Positions 20,460 through 28,112 are shown, counted from the first letter of the stretch. The stretch: DNA of 64,000 nt from Pseudomonadota bacterium (GCA_021792755.1 JAJYUA010000013.1:12624-76623); one strand, 5' to 3'. Numbers and translations are program-made. Notes: generated by a model from the letters alone, not told the origin.

Positions 20460-20475
20460 TGGCCCGTAAATTGCA
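20460..20475 (+). promoter_or_regulatory. sigma54-like element upstream of flgA (would give a near-leaderless mRNA)
   Basis: TGGCCCGTAAATTGCA (GG-N10-GC, -12 TTGCA). The predicted transcription start is only about 4 nt before the ATG at 20490. An alternative GTG start at 20544 has a GGAGG Shine-Dalgarno. Confidence 0.35.
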
Positions 20476-20489
20476 CGTTTGCTGACATC

Positions 20490-21218
20490 ATGACAGAGCA
20501 CGCGTCAATAATCCGTCGCTTCCCTGCGGGGAGGGCGCTGGCTGTGTTCGCCACAGCGAGCTTCGCCGCCACTGCGGTCGCCGCCGCCGCCATTCAGCCG
20601 CTCGCGTCCATTCGTGCGGCGGCGCAGGCCTTCATACGCGCGCAGATGCCCCCCGGCCAGGGAACGGTCGTCACCGCCGGCAGGCTCGATGCCCGGCTGC
20701 GCCTGGCCCGCTGTGCCGGCCCGCTGCAGGCCTCGTTGCTGTCCGGGGAGCGCTTGCAGGCGAACGCGTCGGTGGCTGTCGGCTGCCGGGACGGCGCGGA
20801 CTGGACGCTCTATGTCCCGGTGAGCGTGCGCTCGCGCATCCAGGTCTGGGTTCTGCGCAAGCCGCAGGCCCAGGGAGCTCGGTTGACCGCGGCGGACCTC
20901 GTGCCGCAGACCCGGTTGGTGTCGGGACTCTCGGCAGGCTACCTCACCAATCCGGCCGTGCTCGCTCGCAGCACGCTGCGGCACGCTCTGCCGGCCGGGG
21001 CGGCGCTGCACACGGACGATCTGCTGGCCGACTTCCTGGTGCATCAAGGCCAGCAGGTCGTTCTGCTCGCCTCGTTCGGGGGCATCCGGGTCCGTGCCCA
21101 GGGGGTGGCGCTGCAGGCGGGTCGGTACGGAGCGCTGATCCGGGTTCAGAACCTCTCCTCTTCCAAGGTCGTCCAGGGCATCGTTGAAAGCCGGTCTGTG
21201 GTGGACGTCACACCCTAA
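20490..21218 (+). CDS. flgA: P-ring assembly chaperone FlgA
   Basis: 242 aa. Signal-like N-terminus. ..GRLDARLRLARCAGPLQ.. and a SAF-like C-terminus ..QGQQVVLLASFGGIRVRAQGVALQAGRYGALIRVQNLSSSKVVQGIV. Divergent from flgB. Confidence 0.88.
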   Translation: MTEHASIIRRFPAGRALAVFATASFAATAVAAAAIQPLASIRAAAQAFIRAQMPPGQGTVVTAGRLDARLRLARCAGPLQASLLSGERLQANASVAVGCRDGADWTLYVPVSVRSRIQVWVLRKPQAQGARLTAADLVPQTRLVSGLSAGYLTNPAVLARSTLRHALPAGAALHTDDLLADFLVHQGQQVVLLASFGGIRVRAQGVALQAGRYGALIRVQNLSSSKVVQGIVESRSVVDVTP

Positions 21219-21242
21219 AGTTGCGCTCCGCCCGGCCGATAT
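21216..21242 (+). promoter_or_regulatory. sigma28 (FliA) promoter of flgM-flgN
   Basis: TAAAGTTG-cgctccgcccg-GCCGATAT, a near-consensus TAAA-N15-GCCGATAA. The -35 overlaps the flgA TAA stop codon. It lies 31 nt before the flgM ATG, which has an AGGAG Shine-Dalgarno. Confidence 0.85.
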
Positions 21243-21272
21243 CGAGCCCGAAGGAGCTCCAGGAGATCCGCG

Positions 21273-21605
21273 ATGGCCAGTAAAATCGACAGCTTCAGTG
21301 GCGCACCGGCCTCGGTCGAGGCGGGCCATCGCGCGGGAAAGGCTCGCAGTGCGACGGCGGCTGCGACGAGCGAAGCGGCGGCCGGCTCGGCCGGCTCTGC
21401 GCCCGGCGATGTCCATATCACCGATTCGGCCAACCTGCTCGCCCGCCTCGCGCAGCAGCTTCACGCCATGCCGGCGGTGAACGAGGCGCGCGTCGCGCAG
21501 TTTCGCTCCGCCATCGAAAGCGGCAGCTACACCGTCCAATCCGGGCACGTGGCCGCCCAGCTGATGCAACTCGAGCACTCGCTCGCCCAGATCGTGGGAG
21601 GCTGA
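21273..21605 (+). CDS. flgM: Anti-sigma-28 factor FlgM
   Basis: 110 aa. ..HITDSANLLARLAQQLHAMPAVNEARVAQFRSAIESGSYTVQSGHVAAQLMQLE is typical of the FlgM C-terminus. Confidence 0.9.
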   Translation: MASKIDSFSGAPASVEAGHRAGKARSATAAATSEAAAGSAGSAPGDVHITDSANLLARLAQQLHAMPAVNEARVAQFRSAIESGSYTVQSGHVAAQLMQLEHSLAQIVGG

Positions 21606-21606
21606 T

Positions 21607-22092
21607 ATGGACCCGGCCGTCTGCCGTGAGCATCTCTCGGCGCTGCTCGGTGACGAGGCGGCGCTGCTCGAGGAGCTCGAAGAGCTGCTGACACGCGAAG
21701 CGGACGTTCTGGAGAACTCCGACATCCGGGCGCTGGAGGGCACGACTCGCGCCCGTCAGGAGCGGATGGGCGCGCTCGCCCGCCTGGAGGAGCAGCGTGG
21801 CTCGCTCTGCGGCCTGCACGGCTTTGCTGCGGACCGGGCCGGCCTCGAGGCCCTGATGGCCTGGTGCGATCCGCAAGGGGCGCTGATCGAGCGCCTGCGC
21901 GACTGTGCCACGCGTGCGATGCGCTGCCGGGATCTCAACGATCGCAATGGCATCCTGGTCAGCGCGCGTCTGAAGAGGGTGCAGAGCATGCTCGGCGCGC
22001 TGACCGGCCGCCCGGTCCGTCTGGACACCTACGGCCCGAAGGGCTTTTGCAGCGCAGGCACGTCCTGGGGTCGCTCGCTCGGGGCCGCCTGA
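21607..22092 (+). CDS. flgN: FlgN-family export chaperone (for FlgK/FlgL)
   Basis: 161 aa. Helical, with L..E...L..L...L..E...L heptads. Starts 1 nt after flgM. Assigned from position and composition, not from a strong motif. Confidence 0.7.
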   Translation: MDPAVCREHLSALLGDEAALLEELEELLTREADVLENSDIRALEGTTRARQERMGALARLEEQRGSLCGLHGFAADRAGLEALMAWCDPQGALIERLRDCATRAMRCRDLNDRNGILVSARLKRVQSMLGALTGRPVRLDTYGPKGFCSAGTSWGRSLGAA

Positions 22093-22190
22093 CCGTTTAG
22101 CCTCGTGGCGCCGGCTCCGTGCCTCGTGCCCGCCCCGGCGGCGGGGGCAGGCCCGCGGCCCGACCGGGCAATCGGCGGGCGCTTGAAACC

Positions 22191-23084
22191 TCAGCCCAGC
22201 GCTTCGCGCAGGGCGTTGACTTCCTGGGTTGACTCTTCCAGAAGCATCTGGCAGGCCTGCGGATCCAGCCCCAGACGCTGCAGGGGCTTGGCTGCCCGAA
22301 CGACTTCCTCGAGCGCCACCGGATCGCCGATATCCGCGAGCAGCGTGCCGGCGAGCAGCACATCGGCGAGCCCCGGCGGGCCGCGCGACTCGCGCTCGTA
22401 GTTTTCGGATTCCTGCACGGCGTGCACGATCTCCTCGGCCATGCCCCAGTTCTCCAGCAGCGCCACCGCGATGCTGCGGTGCCACGCGCGCTCGATGGCC
22501 TGATAGGCCGCCGCGTCATGGAACAGCGAGCGGTGGCGGCTGGCGCGAGTGAGGATGTACAGGCGCCCGACCCCTTGCAGCAGCCCCGCGAGCAACGCCG
22601 TATCGGCGATGACCTGCGTGAGCCGTCTGGCGATGACGAAGCTCAGGCTCGCCACCTGCACGCAGCGCCGCCAGAGCACGCCGAGCTGGGATTCCAGCCC
22701 GCGAAGCGTGGGCGCGTTGCGCAGTTGGCGCATTGCGCACGCTATGGTCGCCGTCCGCACGCTATCGAGGCCGACGCGGGTGACGGCCGAGCGCAGGTCT
22801 GTGACCGGCACGGCCTGCGGGTTCAGGGCCGCGGAGTTCGCCATGCGCACCAGCTGCGTGGCGAGCACCGGCTCGCCGCCGATGACCCGCACGATGCGGG
22901 CGGCGTCGGCCTGCTCGTCGTTGAGGACCCGCTGAATCCGCACGACGATGTGCGGAAATCCCGGCAGCTCGACCCGGCCTCCGGAGAGCTCGGCGGCGAG
23001 CGCCTGCACGAAGGTGAAGGCGACGTCGCGCTCGGCTGCGCCGGTGGCGCGGCTTGCGGTCGATTCGAGGAGCTGGACTTGCAT
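22191..23084 (-). CDS. HDOD-domain protein (paralogue 1)
   Basis: 297 aa. ..LPGFPHIVVRIQRVLNDEQADAARIVRVIGGEPVLATQLVRMANSAALN..TDLRSAVTRVGLDSV.. and ..LAGLLQGVGRLYIL follow the HDOD pattern. Confidence 0.8.
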   Translation of the reverse strand: MQVQLLESTASRATGAAERDVAFTFVQALAAELSGGRVELPGFPHIVVRIQRVLNDEQADAARIVRVIGGEPVLATQLVRMANSAALNPQAVPVTDLRSAVTRVGLDSVRTATIACAMRQLRNAPTLRGLESQLGVLWRRCVQVASLSFVIARRLTQVIADTALLAGLLQGVGRLYILTRASRHRSLFHDAAAYQAIERAWHRSIAVALLENWGMAEEIVHAVQESENYERESRGPPGLADVLLAGTLLADIGDPVALEEVVRAAKPLQRLGLDPQACQMLLEESTQEVNALREALG

Positions 23085-23107
23085 GAGTGCTGTGACGGGA
23101 CCGGGAA

Positions 23108-23992
23108 TCAGACGCCGAGCGCCTCGCGCAGGGCCTTTATTTCGTGCTCGGACTCCTCGATCAGCTTGCGGTAGCCCGCCGCGTCGATCTGCATGCGCCG
23201 GCAGGCGGCGGCGTCGTGCATGTTGAGCTCCAGGGTCTCCGGATGGTCCTTGAAAGCGTCGAGCAGGTGGCTCACCGTGAGCACGTCGGTGAGGTCGGGG
23301 GCCCGGGCTCCCCTGCGCTCGAGGTCTTCGTACTCGCTCACCGCCTGCACGATTTCCTCGGCCATTTCCCAGTTCTCGAGCAGCGCCTTGGCGATCGCGG
23401 CATGCCAGTCGCGCACGATGCAGTTGTAGGCCGCCTCATCGGCGAGCAGTCCCGGGTAGTTGCCGGCGCGCGTCAGGATGTAGAGCTTGCCGATGCCGTG
23501 CAGCAGTCCCGCCAGCATGGCCGTGTCGGGATTGATGCGCGAGAAGCGCTTGGCGACCACGTAGGAGGTGGCGGCGACCGCTGCGCTGCGCTGCCAGAGC
23601 TGCTCGAGCGGCCGCTCCAGGCCCTTCAGCTCCGAGGATCTCTTCAGCTGCGACATGGCGAAGGCGATGGCCGCCGAGCGCACCATGTTAAATCCCAGCC
23701 GCGCGATGGCGCTGCGCAGCTCGCAGATGGCCCGGCCGCTGAAGTTGACGGCCGCGGAGTTTGCGATCTGCAGCAATCGCGCGGCCAGCATCGGCTCGGA
23801 GCCGATCACCCGCACGACTTTCTCCTGCGAGACCTCCTCGTCGGAGAGCACCTGCCGGACCCTCAGGGCGATGTCCGGGAAGCTCGGCAAATCCACTTTG
23901 CCGCCGGAGAGCTCGGCGGCGAGGGCCTGGACGAAGGCAAACACCTCCGTGCCGGCGTCCGGAGCGGGAATCTCTCTGGCGGGACTGTTCAA
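23108..23992 (-). CDS. HDOD-domain protein (paralogue 2)
   Basis: The track ORF 23108..24217 overlaps cheB. I propose the TTG start at 23992, which has GAGG 8 nt upstream. ..LPSFPDIALRVRQVLSDEEVSQEKVVRVIGSEPMLAARLLQIANSAAVN.. and ..LAGLLHGIGKLYIL. By eye, roughly half the aligned residues are identical to paralogue 1. The start site is uncertain. Confidence 0.75.
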   Translation of the reverse strand: MNSPAREIPAPDAGTEVFAFVQALAAELSGGKVDLPSFPDIALRVRQVLSDEEVSQEKVVRVIGSEPMLAARLLQIANSAAVNFSGRAICELRSAIARLGFNMVRSAAIAFAMSQLKRSSELKGLERPLEQLWQRSAAVAATSYVVAKRFSRINPDTAMLAGLLHGIGKLYILTRAGNYPGLLADEAAYNCIVRDWHAAIAKALLENWEMAEEIVQAVSEYEDLERRGARAPDLTDVLTVSHLLDAFKDHPETLELNMHDAAACRRMQIDAAGYRKLIEESEHEIKALREALGV

Positions 23993-24075
23993 GCGGGCGG
24001 CCTCGTCGCTGGGTGCGTATCGGCAGCCCGATGTTCGGCCCGATGCCCCGGGCGCGCCAGTACGTGGCTCACGGT

Positions 24076-25242
24076 TCAGGCTTCTCCCGGCAGGGTCCGC
24101 TGCTCGCGGGTGAGGTCCATGGCCTCGGCGAGCTGGCGTATCCGCGCAGCGACACCCTCCAGGGGCACGACGTGCAGGGCGGCGCCGAGCGCCACGGCCT
24201 CCCCGGGCATGCCCCACACCACGCTCGTCGCCTCGTCCTGGGCGATGGTGCCGCTGCCGCTGTCGAGCATCTCCTTCAGGCCCCGCGCGCCGTCCTTGCC
24301 CATGCCGGTGAGCAGTGCGCCGATGGCGTTGCGGCCGGCGTTCTGCGCCACGGAGCGAAATAGCACGTCCACCGAGGGCTTGTGCCGGTTCACCGGGACA
24401 CCGTCATCGAGCCGACAGACATAGCGGGCGCCGTCACGCACCACCAGCAGGTGCCGGTCGCCCGGGGCGATGTAGACATGGCCGGCGAGGATCTGCTGGC
24501 CGTCCTGCGCCTCGCACACCGAGACGGCGCTGCAGCCATCCATGCGCCGCGCGAACGGGCCGCTGAACGCTTTGGGAATGTGCTGCGCGATCACGACGCC
24601 CGGGCAGTCCGGCGGCAGGCGGGTGAGGACTTCCTTGATGGCTTCGGTGCCGCCGGTCGAGGCGCCGATGGCGATGATGCGGTCGGTCGTGCGCAGCTGC
24701 CTGGCGCCCGCCGTCTTCGGCAGCACGGCATCGGCGCCGTGGGCCGGCGCCGGGATGCTCGCAGCGCGCTGGGGGGCGAGCGCCCGCACGCTGGCGCAGG
24801 CGGCCGTGCGGACCTTCTCGATGAGCTCGTCGCGATAGTCCTGCAGCGTCGCCGCCAGGTCGATTTTGGGCTTGGGCAGGTAATCGACCGCCCCCAGCGA
24901 GAGCGCATCGAGCGTCACATCCGCCCCGCGCTCGGTGAGCGAGGAGACCATGACCACCGGCATCGGCCGCAGGCGCATGAGATTGCGCAGAAAGGTGATG
25001 CCGTCCATTCTCGGCATCTCCACATCGAGCGTGAGCACATCGGGATTGAGGCGCTTGATCTTCTCGCGCGCGGCATGCGCATCGGCCGCGACGCCCGCCA
25101 CCTCTATGTCGGCAGCGGAGCCGAGCATCTCGGTGAGCAGGCTGCGCACCAGCGCCGAGTCATCGACGATGAGCACGCGGATGCGCCGCCGGGCGGGGCC
25201 GCTCGAGCGCCCGGGGAGCGGACTTGCGCCCTGATCTGTCAC
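24076..25242 (-). CDS. cheB: Chemotaxis methylesterase/deamidase CheB
   Basis: The track ORF over-extends. I use the GTG start at 25242, which overlaps the cheD stop (GTGA). REC domain [22 protein letters not shown]. Esterase domain ..[13 protein letters not shown].. and ..[16 protein letters not shown]. Confidence 0.95.
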   Translation of the reverse strand: MTDQGASPLPGRSSGPARRRIRVLIVDDSALVRSLLTEMLGSAADIEVAGVAADAHAAREKIKRLNPDVLTLDVEMPRMDGITFLRNLMRLRPMPVVMVSSLTERGADVTLDALSLGAVDYLPKPKIDLAATLQDYRDELIEKVRTAACASVRALAPQRAASIPAPAHGADAVLPKTAGARQLRTTDRIIAIGASTGGTEAIKEVLTRLPPDCPGVVIAQHIPKAFSGPFARRMDGCSAVSVCEAQDGQQILAGHVYIAPGDRHLLVVRDGARYVCRLDDGVPVNRHKPSVDVLFRSVAQNAGRNAIGALLTGMGKDGARGLKEMLDSGSGTIAQDEATSVVWGMPGEAVALGAALHVVPLEGVAARIRQLAEAMDLTREQRTLPGEA

Positions 25243-25964
25243 GTGAACAGCTCCACCTCGCCTCCGGCCGCCTGTCTGCCGATGCTCTCCATGTAGAGCT
25301 GCTCGTGTCGGCTGATGATGCGGTTTTCCACCGGACGCAGCTTGCGCAGCCGCGCCCGGCCGCTCGTCGGAAAGTAAATCACCTTGCGCGGACTCGTGCC
25401 GCCGAGGTCCTCGGCGGCCACTTTGTATCCCTCGAGCGCCATGTAGTCGCGGATGAAGCGAATATTGCGGCCGCCGACGTCGGTCATGGCCGAGAGGATC
25501 TTCCCGCCGCCGAACAGCTTGATCTCCAGCCGCTCGCGCGCCGCTCCGAGCTTCAGCAGGTCGTTGATCAGGCTTTCCATCGCGTAGGAGCCGTACCGTG
25601 TGGCGAGCCCGACGGCAGGATCCAGCCAGTCGTTCTGTCCGAGCGAGGCATCCTCGGGCAGCATGAAATGGTTCATGCCGCCGACCCCGCGCGCCGGATC
25701 GCGCACGCAGGCCGACACACATGAGCCGAGCACCGTGCTCACCGCCTCCTCGTAACGGGTGACGTAGTACTCCCCGGGCAGGATCTTGACAGCCCAGCAG
25801 TCGTTCTCTCGGTCCCAGTACCGCTGGAAGTGCTCGAAGCCGGACAGGGGCGGTGGCGGATCGGGCGAGGCCCGCTGCGGGCGCTCGTGCCCGGCCAGGC
25901 CGTCCCGCTGCCGGCCGGATCCGCCCTCAGACCCGCCGGTAGACCGTTTTGCCAATGAGCCCAT
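25239..25964 (-). CDS. cheD: Chemoreceptor glutamine deamidase CheD (start uncertain)
   Basis: ..[41 protein letters not shown].. and ..[19 protein letters not shown].. are typical of CheD. The only ATG (25964) gives an extra N-terminal stretch of about 45 aa and a 38-nt overlap with cheR. Confidence 0.85.
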   Translation of the reverse strand: MGSLAKRSTGGSEGGSGRQRDGLAGHERPQRASPDPPPPLSGFEHFQRYWDRENDCWAVKILPGEYYVTRYEEAVSTVLGSCVSACVRDPARGVGGMNHFMLPEDASLGQNDWLDPAVGLATRYGSYAMESLINDLLKLGAARERLEIKLFGGGKILSAMTDVGGRNIRFIRDYMALEGYKVAAEDLGGTSPRKVIYFPTSGRARLRKLRPVENRIISRHEQLYMESIGRQAAGGEVELFT

Positions 25965-26793
25965 AGCTGTCGCAGACCTTGAACAGGCTTTCGGAATGCC
26001 CCAGGAACAGCAGATCTCCCGGCCGCTGCAGCCGGCCGATGCGCGCGAACAGGTCGCGCTGAGTGTCCTTGTCGAAGTAGATCACCACGTTGCGGCAAAA
26101 AATGACGTCCAATGGTCCTTTCATCGGCAGCGGGTGCATGAGATTGAGCTGCTTGAAGGTGACCAGGGAGGCGAGCTGCGGGGCCACCTGATGGACCGTC
26201 GCCCGCCCTTCGGGCCGCTCGATGAAAAATCGCTGCAGACGCTCGCGCGAGAGGTTGGCGGTGCGCTCCGGGGCGTACAGGCCGCGACGGGCGCGCTGCA
26301 GCACCTCCGAGTCGAGATCGGTTGCGAGGATGCGCACGTCCCAGCTGCCCGGATGCGGCAGGGTCTCGAGCACGGTCATGGCGATGGAGTAGGGCTCCTC
26401 TCCGGTCGAGCAGCCGGCCGACCAGATGCGCAGGCGCCGTCCTGCGCGCGCATTGCCGAGCAGCGGTCCGAGCCACTGCTCGCGCAGATACTGGAAATGG
26501 TGCGGCTCGCGGAAGAAGGCGGTGAGATTGGTGGTGATGGCGTTGCACAGCTCGGTGAGCTCGCGCTCCTCGCCGGCGAGCAGCTGCCGATATTGCGCGA
26601 AGCTGTTCAGCCCCAGCGCCCGCAGGCGCCGCGTCAGGCGGCCGTACACCAGCTCGCGCTTCTGCTCGGTCAGATTGATGCCGGTGAGGGACTTCACGAG
26701 CGAGCGCAATGCCTGGAAGTCCTGCTCGTGGAAGGCGAATTCCCGCTGCCGCGACGAGGCGCCGTCCGGCAAGGAGGCAACGCCCGCGCTCAA
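25927..26793 (-). CDS. cheR: Chemotaxis methyltransferase CheR
   Basis: The track ORF over-extends. I propose the TTG start at 26793, which overlaps the upstream stop (TTGA) and has GGAG 6 nt upstream. ..ITTNLTAFFREPHHFQYL..RIWSAGCSTGEEPYSIAM.. and ..FCRNVVIYFD. Confidence 0.93.
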   Translation of the reverse strand: MSAGVASLPDGASSRQREFAFHEQDFQALRSLVKSLTGINLTEQKRELVYGRLTRRLRALGLNSFAQYRQLLAGEERELTELCNAITTNLTAFFREPHHFQYLREQWLGPLLGNARAGRRLRIWSAGCSTGEEPYSIAMTVLETLPHPGSWDVRILATDLDSEVLQRARRGLYAPERTANLSRERLQRFFIERPEGRATVHQVAPQLASLVTFKQLNLMHPLPMKGPLDVIFCRNVVIYFDKDTQRDLFARIGRLQRPGDLLFLGHSESLFKVCDSYGLIGKTVYRRV

Positions 26794-27278
26794 AACAGCT
26801 CCACGCTGCCCTCGTCGGCGCGCAGCTGGATGTGGCCCTGTCCGGCCTCGCCCGGCATCAGCAGATTGAACAGCAGCCGGTGCGACTCGCAGGTGAAGCG
26901 CGAGCGCAGCGCTTCGCGAAGCGCGGGCCAGCCCTGCCGGTCCTGCGGAGCCGGTGCGGCCGCGCCCGCAAGCAGATCGCGCACGTGAGCGAGCTGCTGG
27001 ATCATGCGGTCGTGGAACTGCAGACTTTCGACGCAGGCCGCGATGTCCGCCGGGAGCGGGCGCTCGCCGGCGGACGTCGCGGCGCAGATGCGCCGCAGCG
27101 CTTGCGCGAGCATCTCGACGGGCCGCTGCGATTCGCTGATCGCAAGCTCGATGAGCGCGGCGCAAGTCTCCGCCGAGCGCACCAGCTCACTCGACCCGCC
27201 CGATAGGGACGGGGCGCCCGCTGCCGGTTGGTGCATGTATGTGTATCGCGTCATCTCTGGCCATCGCTGCAGGGCCAC
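26790..27278 (-). CDS. Uncharacterised ~150-162-aa protein in the che operon; contains a CheZ-like F-x-D-x-x-x-Q motif
   Basis: High GC at third codon positions throughout, which supports real coding. Translationally coupled to cheR. ..ACVESLQFHDRMIQQLAHVRDLL.. and a C-terminus ..LRADEGSVELF. I recognise no family. The start is ambiguous (GTG 27278, ATG 27254 or ATG 27236). Confidence 0.6.
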   Translation of the reverse strand: MALQRWPEMTRYTYMHQPAAGAPSLSGGSSELVRSAETCAALIELAISESQRPVEMLAQALRRICAATSAGERPLPADIAACVESLQFHDRMIQQLAHVRDLLAGAAAPAPQDRQGWPALREALRSRFTCESHRLLFNLLMPGEAGQGHIQLRADEGSVELF

Positions 27279-27347
27279 ACGGCGGGGGGCGCGCGTGGCG
27301 GACCCTTGGACCTGCCTCCGGGGCGGGCGCTGCCGGGGGCGGATGCG

Positions 27348-27380
27348 GGCGCCAAGTCGGCGTCCGGGCGGATTGGCGCC
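27348..27380 (-). other. Intra-operon stem-loop immediately after the stop codon of the secreted-protein gene
   Basis: GGCGCCAA (27348-27355) pairs with TTGGCGCC (27373-27380) around a 17-nt loop. The stem abuts the TGA at 27381-27383. There is no U-tract on the transcript. Confidence 0.3.
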
Positions 27381-27710
27381 TCAGCTGTGCTTGGACTTGA
27401 AGATCACGACCTGCTTGTTGAACTCGGCGGCGATGTGTTTCAGCTGGTCGACCGCGGCGTTGTGCAGGCTCACCTGGTCGTTCGGGCTCATCTGGTTCTG
27501 GCGCACCTCGAAGTCGAGGCACTTCAGGTAGGTCTGAACGTCGTGGTTGTATTCCTGGATGGTCTGCATGGCCGTGATCATCTGCTGCTTGCTCGCCGTC
27601 GCCCCGTCGGGAATCTTGCTGGGCGCGGTCGGCAGGCGGCAGTTCGCGTAAGCCGTCGCGCTCATGGCGCAGGCGATCGCCAGGGTGGCGAGGACTTTCG
27701 GTGCTTTCAT
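27381..27710 (-). CDS. Small Sec-secreted (periplasmic) two-cysteine protein of unknown function, inside the che operon
   Basis: The ORF was trimmed to the ATG at 27710, which has GAGG 7 nt upstream. Signal peptide MKAPKVLATLAIACAMSATAYA, then NC.. The mature protein is about 87 aa, rich in Lys/Asn/Gln, with cysteines in ..ANCRLP.. and ..YLKCLDFE... I recognise no family. Confidence 0.65.
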   Translation of the reverse strand: MKAPKVLATLAIACAMSATAYANCRLPTAPSKIPDGATASKQQMITAMQTIQEYNHDVQTYLKCLDFEVRQNQMSPNDQVSLHNAAVDQLKHIAAEFNKQVVIFKSKHS

Positions 27711-27749
27711 GGAGGAACCTCGTTGCAAGCGTATGAGGGAAATCGGCAA

Positions 27750-28112
27750 TCAACTGAGCACTTTGGTGACCGTGGCGAGCAGCCGCTCGGGATTGAACGG
27801 TTTGACCAGCCAGCCGGTGGCGCCGGCGGCCTTGCCTTGCTGCTTGCGCTCTACGGTGGCCTCGGTGGTCAGCACGAGCAGCGGCACGTACCGGTAACTC
27901 GCCCGGGCGCGAAGCTCGCGCACCAGCGTGATGCCGTCCATGTTCGGCATGTTGACGTCGGTGATGACGAGGTCGAACGTCTGCCGCTCGGCGATCTCGA
28001 GCGCCTCCACCCCGTCGGCGGCCTGCTGCACCTGGTGGCCGGCGCCAGCGAGGGTGATGCCGACCATCTGGCGCATCGATGCCGAATCGTCTACCGCGAG
28101 AATCCGCGCCAT
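27750..28112 (-). CDS. CheY-like single-domain response regulator (second CheY)
   Basis: The ORF was trimmed to the ATG at 28112: MARILAVDDSASMRQM..DLVITDVNMPNMDG..PLLVLTTEA..GATGWLVKPFNPERL. Confidence 0.9.
   Translation of the reverse strand: MARILAVDDSASMRQMVGITLAGAGHQVQQAADGVEALEIAERQTFDLVITDVNMPNMDGITLVRELRARASYRYVPLLVLTTEATVERKQQGKAAGATGWLVKPFNPERLLATVTKVLS

Noticed and set aside
23993-24075. GCCGATAC -10-like octamer and a direct repeat ATCGGGC-N5-ATCGGGC between cheB and the second HDOD gene.
   Set aside because: There is no -35 element at N11 spacing. The 7-nt repeat is too short to separate from chance.
27381-27710. Locally lower GC in the secreted-protein gene, which might indicate horizontal acquisition.
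   Set aside because: Third codon positions are still mostly G or C. The lower GC comes from the Lys/Asn/Gln-rich amino-acid composition. No mobile-element remnants flank the gene.
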